Under the pieces are notes generated by a model, which worked only from the letters and a program-made list of their open reading frames with translations, was not told the DNA's origin and made no database searches. Position numbers and translations under genes: made by a program. From positions 3,840,001 to 3,904,000 of the forward strand of contig OZ241889.1 of NCBI GenBank assembly GCA_965203355.1: a DNA stretch of 64,000 nt. The letters run 5' to 3'. The stretch is from Candidatus Latescibacterota bacterium. GTDB lineage: Bacteria > Latescibacterota > UBA2968 > UBA8231. Shown in pieces: positions 1-10,057 of this stretch. How positions within the stretch are numbered: position 1 is the stretch's first letter; every line of letters begins with the position of its first letter.

Positions 1-237
1 TTCGACATGTCCGGGAACGTCCGGGAATGGGTGCAGGACTGCTGGCACGCCAGCTACGACGGCGCACCGAGCAACGGGCAGGCTTGGGAGGAAGGCGATT
101 GCGTGCGGCGCGCCATACGCGGCGGCTCCTGGTACGGCAAGCCGAGTTACGTCCGCTCGGCCAACCGCTTCTGGTACGCCCCGTATTTTCGCAACAACAA
201 CCTCGGATTCCGCGTGGCTCGGACGGTCCAAGAATAA
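1..237 (+). CDS. Formylglycine-generating enzyme (FGE/SUMF1) domain protein, 3' end (runs off window)
   Basis: DMSGNVREWVQD...RGGSW...RSANR...NLGFRVAR are the conserved C-terminal FGE-sulfatase motifs. Confidence 0.85.
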   Translation, partial: FDMSGNVREWVQDCWHASYDGAPSNGQAWEEGDCVRRAIRGGSWYGKPSYVRSANRFWYAPYFRNNNLGFRVARTVQE

Positions 238-241
238 AAAC

Positions 242-1924
242 ATGCCCTCCCTTCCCACCGGCATCGACCGCAACCTAACGCACTACGCCGATCCAGGTTT
301 TAGTCGCTACTTGCGCCGCGCTTTTCTCGCGTCGGCTGGCTACGACGAAGCGGACTTAGCACGCCCGGTAGTCGGTATTGCCGATACCTCGTCCGACTAC
401 ACCCCCTGCCATCGCGCCATGCCCCAACTCGTAGAAGCCGTTAAACGAGGGGTGCTAGAAGCCGGGGGGCTACCCCTCGTCTTTCCGACCCTTTCCCTCG
501 GCGAAATCCTCCTCTCCCCCACCGCCATGCTCTACCGCAACCTCATGGCCATGGCGACCGAGGAAATGATCACCGCCCAGCCCATGGACGCAGTCGTGCT
601 GCTCGGCGGCTGCGACAAAACCCTGCCGGCCCAACTCATGGCCTCGGCTTCCGCGTCTGTGCCCGCCATCCACCTCGTCGCCGGACCCATGTTAGCTGGA
701 GGCTGGCGCGGCGAGCGATTGGGCGCATGCACCGATTGCCGCCGCTACTGGGCACAGCATCGGGCCGACGCCCTCGACGCCGCCGAGATCGCCGCGGTCA
801 GACAAAGCCTGTGCCCAACCGCCGGAACCTGCATGGTCATGGGCACGGCCTCAACCATGGCCTGCGCGACCGAAGCCCTCGGACTCATGCTACCGGGCGC
901 GGCCACCCCGCCCGCCGTCTCAGGCCAGCGCTTGCGGCTCGGAGTCGCCACCGGCCGCCGGGCCGTAGCCTTAGCCACCGAAGGACGCCCGGCGCGCGAC
1001 ATACTAACGCCAGCGGCCTTTGCCAACGCACTCAAGGTACTGGCCGCGCTGAGCGGCTCGACGAATGCGGTCGTACATTTGCTCGCCATTGCGCGCCGGG
1101 CCGGCGTGGACCTATCGCTAGACGACTTCCACACCGCAGCCCAACAAGTACCGCTGCTGGTAGATTGCAAGCCAGCAGGCAGCGGGTACATGGAGGATTT
1201 CGACCAGGCCGGCGGCGTACCCACGCTGCTCAAAGCACTGGAGCCGATGCTCGATCTCGATGCCGTAGGCGTCAGCGGCCAAACGCTCGGCGCACTCTTG
1301 CAGGACGTGGCCGCGCCCGGCGCGTGGCCATCCTCAATTCGCACCTTGGACGCGCCGCTGGGGCCAGCGTCGTCCCTCGTAGTGCTAAAAGGATCGCTCG
1401 CGCCAGACGGAGCCGTCCTAAAAAAAGCCACCGCTTCCCCGCACTTGCACCAGCACCGAGGGCCAGCCATCGTATTCGAGGGGCCAGACGCGGTCGCCCG
1501 CATCGACGACCCCGCCTTGGGCATCACGCCGGAACACGTGCTGGTGCTGCGCGGAGCCGGGCCGGTAGCCCTGGGGATGCCCGAAGCCGGGTCCATGCCC
1601 GTGCCCAAGCACCTCGCGGCCCAAGGCGTCCAAGACATGGTGCGCATCTCCGATGGGCGGATGAGCGGCACGGCGTATGGGACCGTCGCGTTGCACGTAG
1701 CACCGGAAGCGGCCGTTGGCGGTCCGTTGGCACTCGTCCGCGACGGAGACCCGATCGAGTTGGACGTAGAAGCCGGGCGTTTAGATTTGCTAGTCCCGGC
1801 GGAAATCCTCGCCCGGCGGCGCGCCGAATGGACCGCACCCGCCGGGCCAACCCGCGGATGGCGACAGCTATACGCCGAGCGCGTCTTGCCGGCGAATTTG
1901 GGGGCGGATTTAGATTTTTGCTAA
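242..1924 (+). CDS. ilvD: Dihydroxy-acid dehydratase family (IlvD/Edd), possibly sugar-acid dehydratase
   Basis: GGCDKT, CMVMGTASTM, GSTNAVVHL, SDGRMSGT, HVAPEAAVGGP motifs. Confidence 0.85.
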   Translation: MPSLPTGIDRNLTHYADPGFSRYLRRAFLASAGYDEADLARPVVGIADTSSDYTPCHRAMPQLVEAVKRGVLEAGGLPLVFPTLSLGEILLSPTAMLYRNLMAMATEEMITAQPMDAVVLLGGCDKTLPAQLMASASASVPAIHLVAGPMLAGGWRGERLGACTDCRRYWAQHRADALDAAEIAAVRQSLCPTAGTCMVMGTASTMACATEALGLMLPGAATPPAVSGQRLRLGVATGRRAVALATEGRPARDILTPAAFANALKVLAALSGSTNAVVHLLAIARRAGVDLSLDDFHTAAQQVPLLVDCKPAGSGYMEDFDQAGGVPTLLKALEPMLDLDAVGVSGQTLGALLQDVAAPGAWPSSIRTLDAPLGPASSLVVLKGSLAPDGAVLKKATASPHLHQHRGPAIVFEGPDAVARIDDPALGITPEHVLVLRGAGPVALGMPEAGSMPVPKHLAAQGVQDMVRISDGRMSGTAYGTVALHVAPEAAVGGPLALVRDGDPIELDVEAGRLDLLVPAEILARRRAEWTAPAGPTRGWRQLYAERVLPANLGADLDFC

Positions 1925-1966
1925 GTGGTCTGAGATGCTTCAGCTCAGACCTATGAGGAGGAATAC

Positions 1967-3313
1967 ATGCTCAGTGCATTGCTCGCCGAGCGCGAGCGGC
2001 AAGGTGAGCCGATCCGGGTCGGCATCATCGGCGCGGGAAAATTCGGCGGCGGGTTGGTCGCGCAAATCGCCCAGATGCAGGGCATGGTCGTCTCGGCCGT
2101 GGCCGACATCGACCTAACGCGCGCCCGCCGCGCATACACCGCGGGATACGGGGATGTTGCAGTGGAAACGGCGGATAGCCCGCAGGCATTGGCGGCGGCC
2201 CTGCACGCGGGAAAGTTCACCGCCGTTGAAGACGGGCTGCTAGTCGCCCAAGCCGAGGGCTTGGACGTGGTGGTAGAAGCGACCGGCTCGACGGCGGTCG
2301 GAGCCAACATGGCCTGCGCCGCCATCGCCAGCGGCAACCACCTCGTGATGGTCAACGTCGAAACGGACGTGACCATCGGCGCACGGCTAAAGCGCCAGGC
2401 CGACCGCGCGGGCGTGGTGTACTCACTAGTCGATGGCGATCAGCCCGGCGTGACCATGAACATCATCGAATGGGCGTGGTCGCTGGGCTTGGACGTGGTG
2501 GCGGCGGGCCGCGGCACCATCCTCTTTGCCGACGATCTCCAAGGCACACCCGACAACACGGCGGCGCGCTTCGGCTTTGACGAAGAAACCTTGCAGCGAC
2601 GCAACATCAGCTTGAAGATGTACAACTCCTTCCGCGACGGCACCAAGGCCCAAGTCGAGGCCACGGCCATCGCCAACATGGCCGGGCTAGTCCCCGACAT
2701 AAGGGGCATGCACGAGCCGTCGTGCAATTTGGCGGACATCCCGCAAAAGTTCAGCTTGGCCGAAGAGGGGGGGCTGCTGAGCCAGCGCGGAGTCGTGGAG
2801 CTAGCCAACAGCGTCGCCGAAGACGGCAAGACCCGGCTCGACAACCCGCTCGGCATGGGCGTCTTTGTCGTCGCCCGCAGCGAGCATCCCTTTACCGTCG
2901 AAGACCTCGCCACCTACGGCCTGTATCCGGGCGGCGACGGCAAAAACTTCCTCCTCTACCGTCCCTATCACTTGGTGGCGGTTGAAGCCCCTATTACCAT
3001 CGCCAAAGTCGCGCTCTACGGCCTGCCAACCGGCGCGCCGCGCTCCGCGCCCACCGCCGACGTAATCGCCGTGGCCAAGCGCGACCTCAAGGCCGGCGAG
3101 ACGCTTGACGGCGGCGGCGGCTACACTGTATTAGGGCAAAGCGAAAAGGCAACCGTGGTGCGCCAAGAAGAACTGTTGCCCTTAGGGCTGTCGAGCGGAG
3201 CCGTGCTCAAACAAGACGCGCGACAAGGCGACGCCATTAGCTACGCCATGGTCGAGTTAGCGGATTCGCTCGCGTTACAACTGCGGCGCGAGCAGGACGC
3301 CATGTGCGAATAA
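1967..3313 (+). CDS. NAD(P)-dependent oxidoreductase (homoserine dehydrogenase-like) with C-terminal SAF domain
   Basis: GIIGAGKFG Rossmann motif, VMVNVETD, GDQPG, AVAKRDLKAGETLDGGGGY SAF domain; GAGGAG RBS. Confidence 0.8.
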   Translation: MLSALLAERERQGEPIRVGIIGAGKFGGGLVAQIAQMQGMVVSAVADIDLTRARRAYTAGYGDVAVETADSPQALAAALHAGKFTAVEDGLLVAQAEGLDVVVEATGSTAVGANMACAAIASGNHLVMVNVETDVTIGARLKRQADRAGVVYSLVDGDQPGVTMNIIEWAWSLGLDVVAAGRGTILFADDLQGTPDNTAARFGFDEETLQRRNISLKMYNSFRDGTKAQVEATAIANMAGLVPDIRGMHEPSCNLADIPQKFSLAEEGGLLSQRGVVELANSVAEDGKTRLDNPLGMGVFVVARSEHPFTVEDLATYGLYPGGDGKNFLLYRPYHLVAVEAPITIAKVALYGLPTGAPRSAPTADVIAVAKRDLKAGETLDGGGGYTVLGQSEKATVVRQEELLPLGLSSGAVLKQDARQGDAISYAMVELADSLALQLRREQDAMCE

Positions 3314-3334
3314 ACTTGCAGTGCAGGTTGGGCC

Positions 3335-3667
3335 ATGTCCGAATATCAAGAAGCTAAGGTCGCAATCGTATCCATCTTGGAACTTTCAAAGGACTCAATC
3401 CACATGCACGTGGGATTGATCGTGTTTTTTTTAGCTGTAGTCCTGTGGAAAAAAGGCTCCATTGAAGCGCGATGTTTGATCCCCGTCGTAATGGTAGCAT
3501 CCTTGATGGAAGTGCTCGATCTGAGATACGATTATGTCTCGCGGGGACACTTCCGCCTGAAGGCCATAACGGCCAGCATTCACGATTTAATCAATACGGC
3601 GTTCTGGCCGGTGGTCATCGCAGCACTGGCGCGGGTGGGCAAATTGAAGAATGCGCGAAAGACATAG
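3335..3667 (+). CDS. Small hypothetical membrane protein (AT-richer than flanks)
   Basis: 110-aa ORF with hydrophobic helices (HMHVGLIVFFLAVVLW; HDLINTAFWPVVI). Confidence 0.6.
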   Translation: MSEYQEAKVAIVSILELSKDSIHMHVGLIVFFLAVVLWKKGSIEARCLIPVVMVASLMEVLDLRYDYVSRGHFRLKAITASIHDLINTAFWPVVIAALARVGKLKNARKT

Positions 3668-3683
3668 TTGCCAAAAGTACAAA

Positions 3684-3715
3684 AAAAGGGAGGGGCGCGT
3701 ACGCCCCTCCCTTTT
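3684..3715. terminator. Intrinsic terminator between convergent genes
   Basis: AAAAGGGAGGGGCG-CGTA-CGCCCCTCCCTTTT perfect hairpin with A/T tails. Confidence 0.85.
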
Positions 3716-3731
3716 GCGCGTCTAAGGCGGG

Positions 3732-4193
3732 CTAGCCGACCTTGACTTCGACCTGGCGGACGACCTTTTTCGCCTCCTCCTTTTTGGGCAGGAGGAGCGT
3801 CAGGACGCCGTTTTTGAACTTGGCTTCGATCTGCTCTGCCTCGACGCCATCGGGCAGGTGGAAGGCGCGCTCAAAGCGTCCGTAGATGCGCTCCTGGCGG
3901 AAGTACTTGCCTTCCTTTTCCTCGCTAGCCTCGCTCTTTTCGCCCCGCAGCACCAGGGACCCGTCCGCTACGGTGATGTCGATGTCCTTCTCCGCCAAAC
4001 CCGGCAGTTCAGCCGAGATTTCGTAGGAGGCGTCATCTTCCTTGACATCGATGCGCGGGCTGAAAGCCGCGTTGCCCGTCAACGCTGGCAAGCGCGAGTC
4101 CTCGCCAAAAAAGGCATCCACGAGGGTGTCGAATGGGCTGCGCCACGGGCGATTGCCGACGCGAGTGCTGGGTAGTAACGTCTTGAGGGCCAT
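3732..4193 (-). CDS. Hsp20/alpha-crystallin small heat-shock protein
   Basis: PRIDVKE...AELPG...ERIYGRFERAFHLP...AKFKNGVLTLLLPK; AAGGAG RBS. Confidence 0.95.
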   Translation of the reverse strand: MALKTLLPSTRVGNRPWRSPFDTLVDAFFGEDSRLPALTGNAAFSPRIDVKEDDASYEISAELPGLAEKDIDITVADGSLVLRGEKSEASEEKEGKYFRQERIYGRFERAFHLPDGVEAEQIEAKFKNGVLTLLLPKKEEAKKVVRQVEVKVG

Positions 4194-4248
4194 GATCTTT
4201 GCTCCTTGTTAAGGGGTTGTTGGTTTGTGTGGCCTTCGCCCACTTTAT

Positions 4249-4266
4249 ATGCAAAAGCCGTGCCAA
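4249..4266 (-). promoter_or_regulatory. sigma54 (-24/-12) promoter upstream of hsp20
   Basis: Minus strand TTGGCAC-GGCTT-TTGCAT matches the TGGCAC-N5-TTGC consensus; AT-rich tract upstream. Confidence 0.8.
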
Positions 4267-4448
4267 CGTGTTAAAATTTTCATATCTTATTGTTATACAT
4301 AGAGTTGTGATGTTTTAACGCAAAAAAGGGCACCGGCTATATTGTCAGCACGGCCTACAAAAATTGGCAGGCGTTATGCGAAATTGGCCGAAGTCCCTGC
4401 CGTTATTGCACTAGTCCCTCATATTCGCAGCGAGCGAAAGGAACCCTT

Positions 4449-5798
4449 GTGATCAACTGGGAAGCGGTGCGCACCGAAGTGACCGAGCATTTGCAGGCCC
4501 TCATCCGCATCGACACCACCAACCCCCCAGGCAACGAAAGCGAAGCGGCGCGCTATCTAGCAGGCGTATTGCGGCAGGAGGGCTTTGCTCCCCTCGTCGT
4601 CGAGTCTGCGCCCGGGCGCGGCAACGTCCTCGCTCGGCTGTCCGGCGGCGACCAACCGCCGCTCATGCTCCTCGGACATACCGACGTAGTGGCGGCCGAG
4701 CCGGCGCACTGGACCCATCCGCCCTTTTCGGGTGCGCTGGCCGACGGCTGCGTGTGGGGGCGAGGCGCGTTAGACATGAAGAACATGGTCGCGGCGAATC
4801 TGATGGTGTTGCTGCTGTTGCAACGGGAAGGCGTCCAGCTCAACCGCGACCTCGTCTTCGCCGCCACCGCCGACGAGGAAGCCGGCAAAGGCAATCACGG
4901 GCCGGGGTGGATTATCGACAACCGACCGGATCTGTGGGACGCCCCTTTGATCATCACCGAGGGCGGCGGCAGCGACTTCGCGATCGGCGAGCAGCGATTT
5001 TACACCTGCCAGACCGGGCAAAAGGGCCTGTGCCGGCTGCGGCTGATCGCCCGCGGTACGCCCGGGCACGGCTCCATGCCGCACGGCGACAGCGCCATCG
5101 TCAAGCTGTCCAAAGCACTAGCCGGCTTGGAAGGAGCCGCATTTCCCGCACACGTGTCCGCCAGCGTCCGCCGCTTCGTCGAGGGCATGGCCAGCCGTCG
5201 GCCAGCCGCCGAAGCCGCCCGGTGGCAACAAGTGCTCGACCCGGCAACCGCAAATGTCGCGCTGGGCGGCCTGCCCATTGCCAGCACTTTGCGCCGCGAG
5301 TTGGACGCCCTATTGCACAACACAGCCTCGGCGACCATGGTGCAGGCCGGTTCCAAGATCAACGTGATTCCGGGGGAGGCAACCGCTTGGATCGATGGAC
5401 GCTTAGTACCCGGCCAGACGGCAGAAAGCTTCGCGGCCGAGTTGCGCGCATTTGTCGGCGATGAGGTCGCCCTTGCGATCGATCAGTACACGCCGCCATT
5501 GGAAGCGCCGTCCGATACTCGGCTTTTTCAGACGATTGTCGAGGTGATGCAGGAGCGCGATCCAGACGCGCCCGTGCTCCCGTATCTGATGCCGGCCGGC
5601 ACCGACGCCAAGCACATTGTGCCGCGCCGCCCCGCAACCCAGATATACGGCTTTATGCCCTATCGGCAGGCGCCGGGCGAGGAGGAAATGACCCTGATCC
5701 ACGGCCACGACGAGCGCACCCCGGTGGCAGAACTGCTCTTTGCAACGCAGGTGCTCTACGAAATCGTCTGCCGCTTTGGCGGGGTGGAAAACCGCTAG
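4449..5798 (+). CDS. M20/M25/M40 family metallo-peptidase/deacylase
   Basis: GHTDVV, GRGALDMK, DEEAG, HGHDER motifs. Confidence 0.9.
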   Translation: MINWEAVRTEVTEHLQALIRIDTTNPPGNESEAARYLAGVLRQEGFAPLVVESAPGRGNVLARLSGGDQPPLMLLGHTDVVAAEPAHWTHPPFSGALADGCVWGRGALDMKNMVAANLMVLLLLQREGVQLNRDLVFAATADEEAGKGNHGPGWIIDNRPDLWDAPLIITEGGGSDFAIGEQRFYTCQTGQKGLCRLRLIARGTPGHGSMPHGDSAIVKLSKALAGLEGAAFPAHVSASVRRFVEGMASRRPAAEAARWQQVLDPATANVALGGLPIASTLRRELDALLHNTASATMVQAGSKINVIPGEATAWIDGRLVPGQTAESFAAELRAFVGDEVALAIDQYTPPLEAPSDTRLFQTIVEVMQERDPDAPVLPYLMPAGTDAKHIVPRRPATQIYGFMPYRQAPGEEEMTLIHGHDERTPVAELLFATQVLYEIVCRFGGVENR

Positions 5799-6295
5799 CT
5801 CAAATCGACGACCGCAACGCCATCGTCGATTTCGAGGACCAAAACCTTATCGCCGGGGTTGAGGGGCCCTTGGGCGTCAGCTCGGCGCGCCAACAGTTCG
5901 ATGGTGCGGCCTTGCACGGTAGCGGAAATTTTGCCAGTGCGGCCTGCGGCGATGGGGACCGTGACTTCAGCTTCGAGGCCGATCAAGTCGTCGCCTGCCA
6001 GCGAACTGTCGGCACTTGTTCGGCTCAACCGGCCCAGTATCCAGTCGCCCAAGAAGGCGCAAACCACACCGGTACCCAACGCCGTGAACAACGCAGCACC
6101 CGGGGTCTTGAGCAGGCTACCGAGCAGCCCGGCCAAGCCGAAGAAGAAGGCAAAAAAGAAAAACAATCGCAGCCGCAAAACAGCCAGCGCTTGCAAGCCA
6201 GGGCCCAAGCCATCGCCATCCCCGCCAAACAGCGAGGCTCCGACGGCGATCCCCCCGACGATCAGCCCGCTCAAGTACAGATAGAAGAGATCCAC
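5795..6295 (-). CDS. NfeD-like membrane protein (OB-fold C-terminus)
   Basis: GTG start just after flotillin stop; TM helices then LIGLEAEVTVPI...GDKVLVLEIDDGVAVV. Confidence 0.75.
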   Translation of the reverse strand: MDLFYLYLSGLIVGGIAVGASLFGGDGDGLGPGLQALAVLRLRLFFFFAFFFGLAGLLGSLLKTPGAALFTALGTGVVCAFLGDWILGRLSRTSADSSLAGDDLIGLEAEVTVPIAAGRTGKISATVQGRTIELLARRADAQGPLNPGDKVLVLEIDDGVAVVDLS

Positions 6296-6296
6296 G

Positions 6297-7565
6297 CTAC
6301 CCTTCCTGCGTCCGGCCCGTGGCCGCGACGACCGACGCGAGATCAACGCCGGTCGTGGCCTTGATGCTCTCGAAGAGCGCCGGAGCCAGCGCGCCGATCT
6401 GGTTGACGACCGCCGGCAAGCCACGCTGACTGCCATTGCCGGAATCAACGACCGCGAGGTGGTCGATTTTTATATCCTTGGCCATGGCGGTGATTTGCTC
6501 GACCAAGTTCGGCAGCATCTGGATCAACAACAGTTCCTTGCCATGGGGACCGGCGAGCGTCCAGATCTCGTTTTTCTGTTTGAGTACCTCGATCTCGGCG
6601 AGGCCGTTTTCGAGGATGTTGGCCGCTGCGCCCTTGGCGCGTAACTCGGCCGCGTCGCGGTCGGCGCGGGCTGGCTCAGTGATCTCGATCTCTAGCTGGC
6701 GCTTTTGCAGTGCCAAGCGCTCCTGCTCAACCTCCTGCTCGGCTTGGACTTCGGCTTTGCGAGCCACTTGCGCGGCGCGTTTCTCCGCGGCCAAGCCCTC
6801 GCCTTCCAACTCGGCCTTGCGAACCCGGAGCGTGTTTTGTGCATCGACGATCTGCACCTGCGCCTCGGCATCGGCGACCTCGCCCCGCCGGCGGGCGTCG
6901 GCGGATTTTTCCTGCGATTCAGCGCGGTTTTCAGCCTCGGCGATTTCGGCTTCCTTGAGGACTGTGGCCGTACTCTTGCGACCGATGGCGTCGAGATAGC
7001 CAACATCGTCGGAAACGTTCTGGATTTTGAGCGTGTCGAGGACGAGGCCCAGCTTCTGCAAATCGACGTCGGCTTCGCCGATGAGCGATTGGGCGAACTT
7101 GAGACGGTCTTCGTTGACCTCTTCCGGGGTCAGCGTGGCGAGGACGCCGCGCAGGTTGCCTTCGAGCGTGTCTTTGGCAATGTCTTGGATTTCGGCGAGC
7201 GGAATGCCCAAGAATCGCTCTAGCGCATTGCCGAGCAGCGGCTCGTCGCCAGCGATCTTGATATTGGCAATGCCTTGTACCGACAGGGGGATGCCGCCTT
7301 TGGAGTACGCGTTGGCGATCGATACTTCGAGGGGAATCGTGCGCAAGTCGAGGCGATCGACCTTCTCGAGGAGCGGAATGCGAAGAGCACGGCCCCCCTT
7401 AATTACGCGGTAGCCCACCGCACGACCGTCGGATGTCTGCCGTTTGCGGCCCGAGAAAATGATGACCTCGTTAGGCTGGCAGATGAAGAGGTTTAGCTGG
7501 ACGATGTAGATCACCACGGCCAGCAACACCGCGAAGACCAGAGCAAAGGTCAGGAACATTTCCAT
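6297..7565 (-). CDS. Flotillin/SPFH domain protein
   Basis: N-terminal TM, PNEVIIFSGR, LEGNLRGVLATLTPEEVNEDR, Ala/Glu-rich coiled coil. Confidence 0.92.
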   Translation of the reverse strand: MEMFLTFALVFAVLLAVVIYIVQLNLFICQPNEVIIFSGRKRQTSDGRAVGYRVIKGGRALRIPLLEKVDRLDLRTIPLEVSIANAYSKGGIPLSVQGIANIKIAGDEPLLGNALERFLGIPLAEIQDIAKDTLEGNLRGVLATLTPEEVNEDRLKFAQSLIGEADVDLQKLGLVLDTLKIQNVSDDVGYLDAIGRKSTATVLKEAEIAEAENRAESQEKSADARRRGEVADAEAQVQIVDAQNTLRVRKAELEGEGLAAEKRAAQVARKAEVQAEQEVEQERLALQKRQLEIEITEPARADRDAAELRAKGAAANILENGLAEIEVLKQKNEIWTLAGPHGKELLLIQMLPNLVEQITAMAKDIKIDHLAVVDSGNGSQRGLPAVVNQIGALAPALFESIKATTGVDLASVVAATGRTQEG

Positions 7566-7612
7566 GGGGCACCTCCACAGGTTGGTTTGTAGTAGGGACG
7601 ACCCTAGGCAAT

Positions 7613-9073
7613 TTAATACGCGCCCTTAATCCGCCCAAACCACCCGCGCAACGGATCGCCCAATTCCTCCATGTAGCGGCCCATCCGCCCCATCAGGTCT
7701 TGGCGCACGGCTTCGTACGCCGGGTCGCCATACACATTGTCGAGCTGATAGGGATCGCGTTGCAAGTCGTACAACTCGCCCGGATCGCCCGAGTTAAAGG
7801 TGAACTGATGGGTGCGGGTGCGGACCATGCGCTGGTTGGCGACCGTAAAATGGCGGTCGAATACGCAGTACACTTCCTCGCGTCCGTTGGCAAACGGGCG
7901 TCCCTCAATGGCCGGGAGAAAGGACCGCCCGTCGAGATCGGCCGGCACTTCAATACCAGCGGCGTCGAGCGACGAGAGCATGATCTCGTGCAAATAGACG
8001 AACTCGTCGCAGGCCGTGCCCGGGGCCTCGCAGTCGGGATGGGCGATGACGAGCGGAATGCGATAAATCTCGTCGTACATGAACTCGCCCTTCTCGATCA
8101 GCTTGTGCGCGCCGAGACAGTCGCCGTGGTCGGCGGTATAGACGATGATGGTGTTGTCGAGGACGCCCAATCGCTCCAAGTGCGCCACCACCCTGCCGAC
8201 CATGTCGTCGAGGAGGGTGCAGTGCCCAAAATAGCGGGCGGCGATTTCCTGAAACCCCGCCCAGCCATAATCACCCAACCCCCATAGCTTCTCGATCAAC
8301 TGCTGGCGATAGGGCTTTTTCGCAAAGGTCTCGGCGTAGCCGGGGTGTTCGGGAATGGCCTTGGGATCGTACATGGAAAAGTACGGCTCCGGCACCAGCG
8401 ACGGACTGTGCGGCCCCCAGAAATTAGCCCACAGGAAAAACGGCTCCTCGCCGCCAGCCACTTCGTCGAGAACGCGGATGGCTTCCTCGGCGACGAAATA
8501 CTCAATGCACGACTCGACCGGCCCCTCGTGCAATGCAAACATTTCCTGCGCCTGATTCGAGGGGTTGGTGCCGACAAAGCGGTGCGAGACCGCTGGCGGC
8601 GGGTCAAAGCCGCGTTCTTTTAGATAATCGGCGTACGGATTGTGGCCCCTCGGCTTGGCCCCGAACTGCAAGCCGGGCAACAGGTCGGCCCCCGGAAAGG
8701 CATAGCCCATGAAATCCTGGCCCGCGAACCCGTAGCCGGTCGGGCCGGTCTGCTCATCCACGTGCCACTTGCCAGCGTATCCACAGCGATAGCCCACCTC
8801 GTCCAGATAGTGGTTCAACCCGCGCACGTCCTCGCGCAAACACAAACCGTTAGCCGTGACTCCGTGCTTGTGCGGATAGCGGCCCGTGTAAAAGGAAGCG
8901 CGGGCCGGCGAGCAAATGGCCGTCGGCGTGAAGGCCGCATCAAAGCGAATGCCGCGCGCAGCCAACGCATCAATGTGCGGCGTCCGGCACACCTCGTTCA
9001 GCCCGTAGCAGCTCACCGTGTCGAGCCGCTGCTGGTCGGACATCAAGACGACGATATTGGGTTGCTTAGCCAT
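7613..9073 (-). CDS. Sulfatase (Cys-type)
   Basis: PNIVVLMSDQQR, CSPARAS (CxPxR), GKWH, ADHGD. Confidence 0.92.
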   Translation of the reverse strand: MAKQPNIVVLMSDQQRLDTVSCYGLNEVCRTPHIDALAARGIRFDAAFTPTAICSPARASFYTGRYPHKHGVTANGLCLREDVRGLNHYLDEVGYRCGYAGKWHVDEQTGPTGYGFAGQDFMGYAFPGADLLPGLQFGAKPRGHNPYADYLKERGFDPPPAVSHRFVGTNPSNQAQEMFALHEGPVESCIEYFVAEEAIRVLDEVAGGEEPFFLWANFWGPHSPSLVPEPYFSMYDPKAIPEHPGYAETFAKKPYRQQLIEKLWGLGDYGWAGFQEIAARYFGHCTLLDDMVGRVVAHLERLGVLDNTIIVYTADHGDCLGAHKLIEKGEFMYDEIYRIPLVIAHPDCEAPGTACDEFVYLHEIMLSSLDAAGIEVPADLDGRSFLPAIEGRPFANGREEVYCVFDRHFTVANQRMVRTRTHQFTFNSGDPGELYDLQRDPYQLDNVYGDPAYEAVRQDLMGRMGRYMEELGDPLRGWFGRIKGAY

Positions 9074-9075
9074 TG

Positions 9076-10044
9076 TTAGCACTCCTCGCTCCGCAAATCC
9101 AGCCACGCCATCTCCGCCTCGGTGAGCGGATTGTCGAGGGCTTGCACGTTGGCTGCAATCTCATCGCCGCTCATGCTGCCGACCAAAGCATAGATGTCGA
9201 GCGGATAGCTGAGCACGTACGACAAGGCGATCTGCGGCACCGACAACCCCTTTTCTTTCGCCAGTTCCCACGCGCGCTCGAGCCGCTTGAAGTTGTCTTC
9301 GCAGTAATACGATTTGGGCATGGTCCCGTCGAATTGGTCGCGCACTTGCTCGGCATTGGCGCGGGTAACTTTGCCCGAGAAAAAGCCGCGCGCCACGCTC
9401 GACCAAGTAAAGAGCGGCATGGCGTGCTCGGCGTACCACGCGCGGGCAGCGGCTTGGCTCGGCCCGGCAATCGACAGACAATCCTTCCACGGCTCGGCAA
9501 TCTGATCCGCCAAGCTGAAGTTCGGGCTGGAAGCGGCAAAAGGCACGAGGCCGCGTTGGTCCGCGTATTCGTTGGCCGCGGCCAAGCGTTCCGGCGTCCA
9601 ATTCGAGCCGCCAAAAGCGTGGATGCGGCCGGCCGCGTGATGTTCGTTGAGTGCTTCGACGATCGGGCCGACCGGGACCGCTGGATCGTCGCGATGCAGC
9701 AGGTAGAGGTCGATGTAGGAGGAGCGCAGGCGCACGAGCGAGTCGGCCAGGTCCGAAGCGATGTCGTACGGAGTGACGCGGTTGCGATCTTGGTTGAGGT
9801 GGGCGCCCTTGCCGATGATCGCGATTTCGTCGCGGTTGCCCCTTTCCTCCATCCACAATCCGAGCATGCGATCCACTTCTCCGCCGCCGTAGCCGTGAGC
9901 CGAGTCGTAGGTCGTGATGCCGACCTCGCGCGCCGCGTCGAGCAGAGCAAAACCTTCTTCCTGGTGGCTGCGATTGAGCATGATCGAGCCTTGAACTATG
10001 CGCGAGATTTTCTTTTTAACGCCTGGTACGTTGCCGTATTGCAC
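9076..10044 (-). CDS. Aldo/keto reductase
   Basis: DSAHGYG, YIDLYLLHRDD, GGSNW, QIALSYVL. Confidence 0.9.
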   Translation of the reverse strand: MQYGNVPGVKKKISRIVQGSIMLNRSHQEEGFALLDAAREVGITTYDSAHGYGGGEVDRMLGLWMEERGNRDEIAIIGKGAHLNQDRNRVTPYDIASDLADSLVRLRSSYIDLYLLHRDDPAVPVGPIVEALNEHHAAGRIHAFGGSNWTPERLAAANEYADQRGLVPFAASSPNFSLADQIAEPWKDCLSIAGPSQAAARAWYAEHAMPLFTWSSVARGFFSGKVTRANAEQVRDQFDGTMPKSYYCEDNFKRLERAWELAKEKGLSVPQIALSYVLSYPLDIYALVGSMSGDEIAANVQALDNPLTEAEMAWLDLRSEEC

Positions 10045-10057
10045 GATTACTTTCCTT

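Noticed and set aside
727-1956. Long alternative-frame ORFs here and throughout (e.g. 18829-19776, 39202-40161)
   Set aside because: Arg/Pro-rich shadows of well-supported genes in GC-rich DNA
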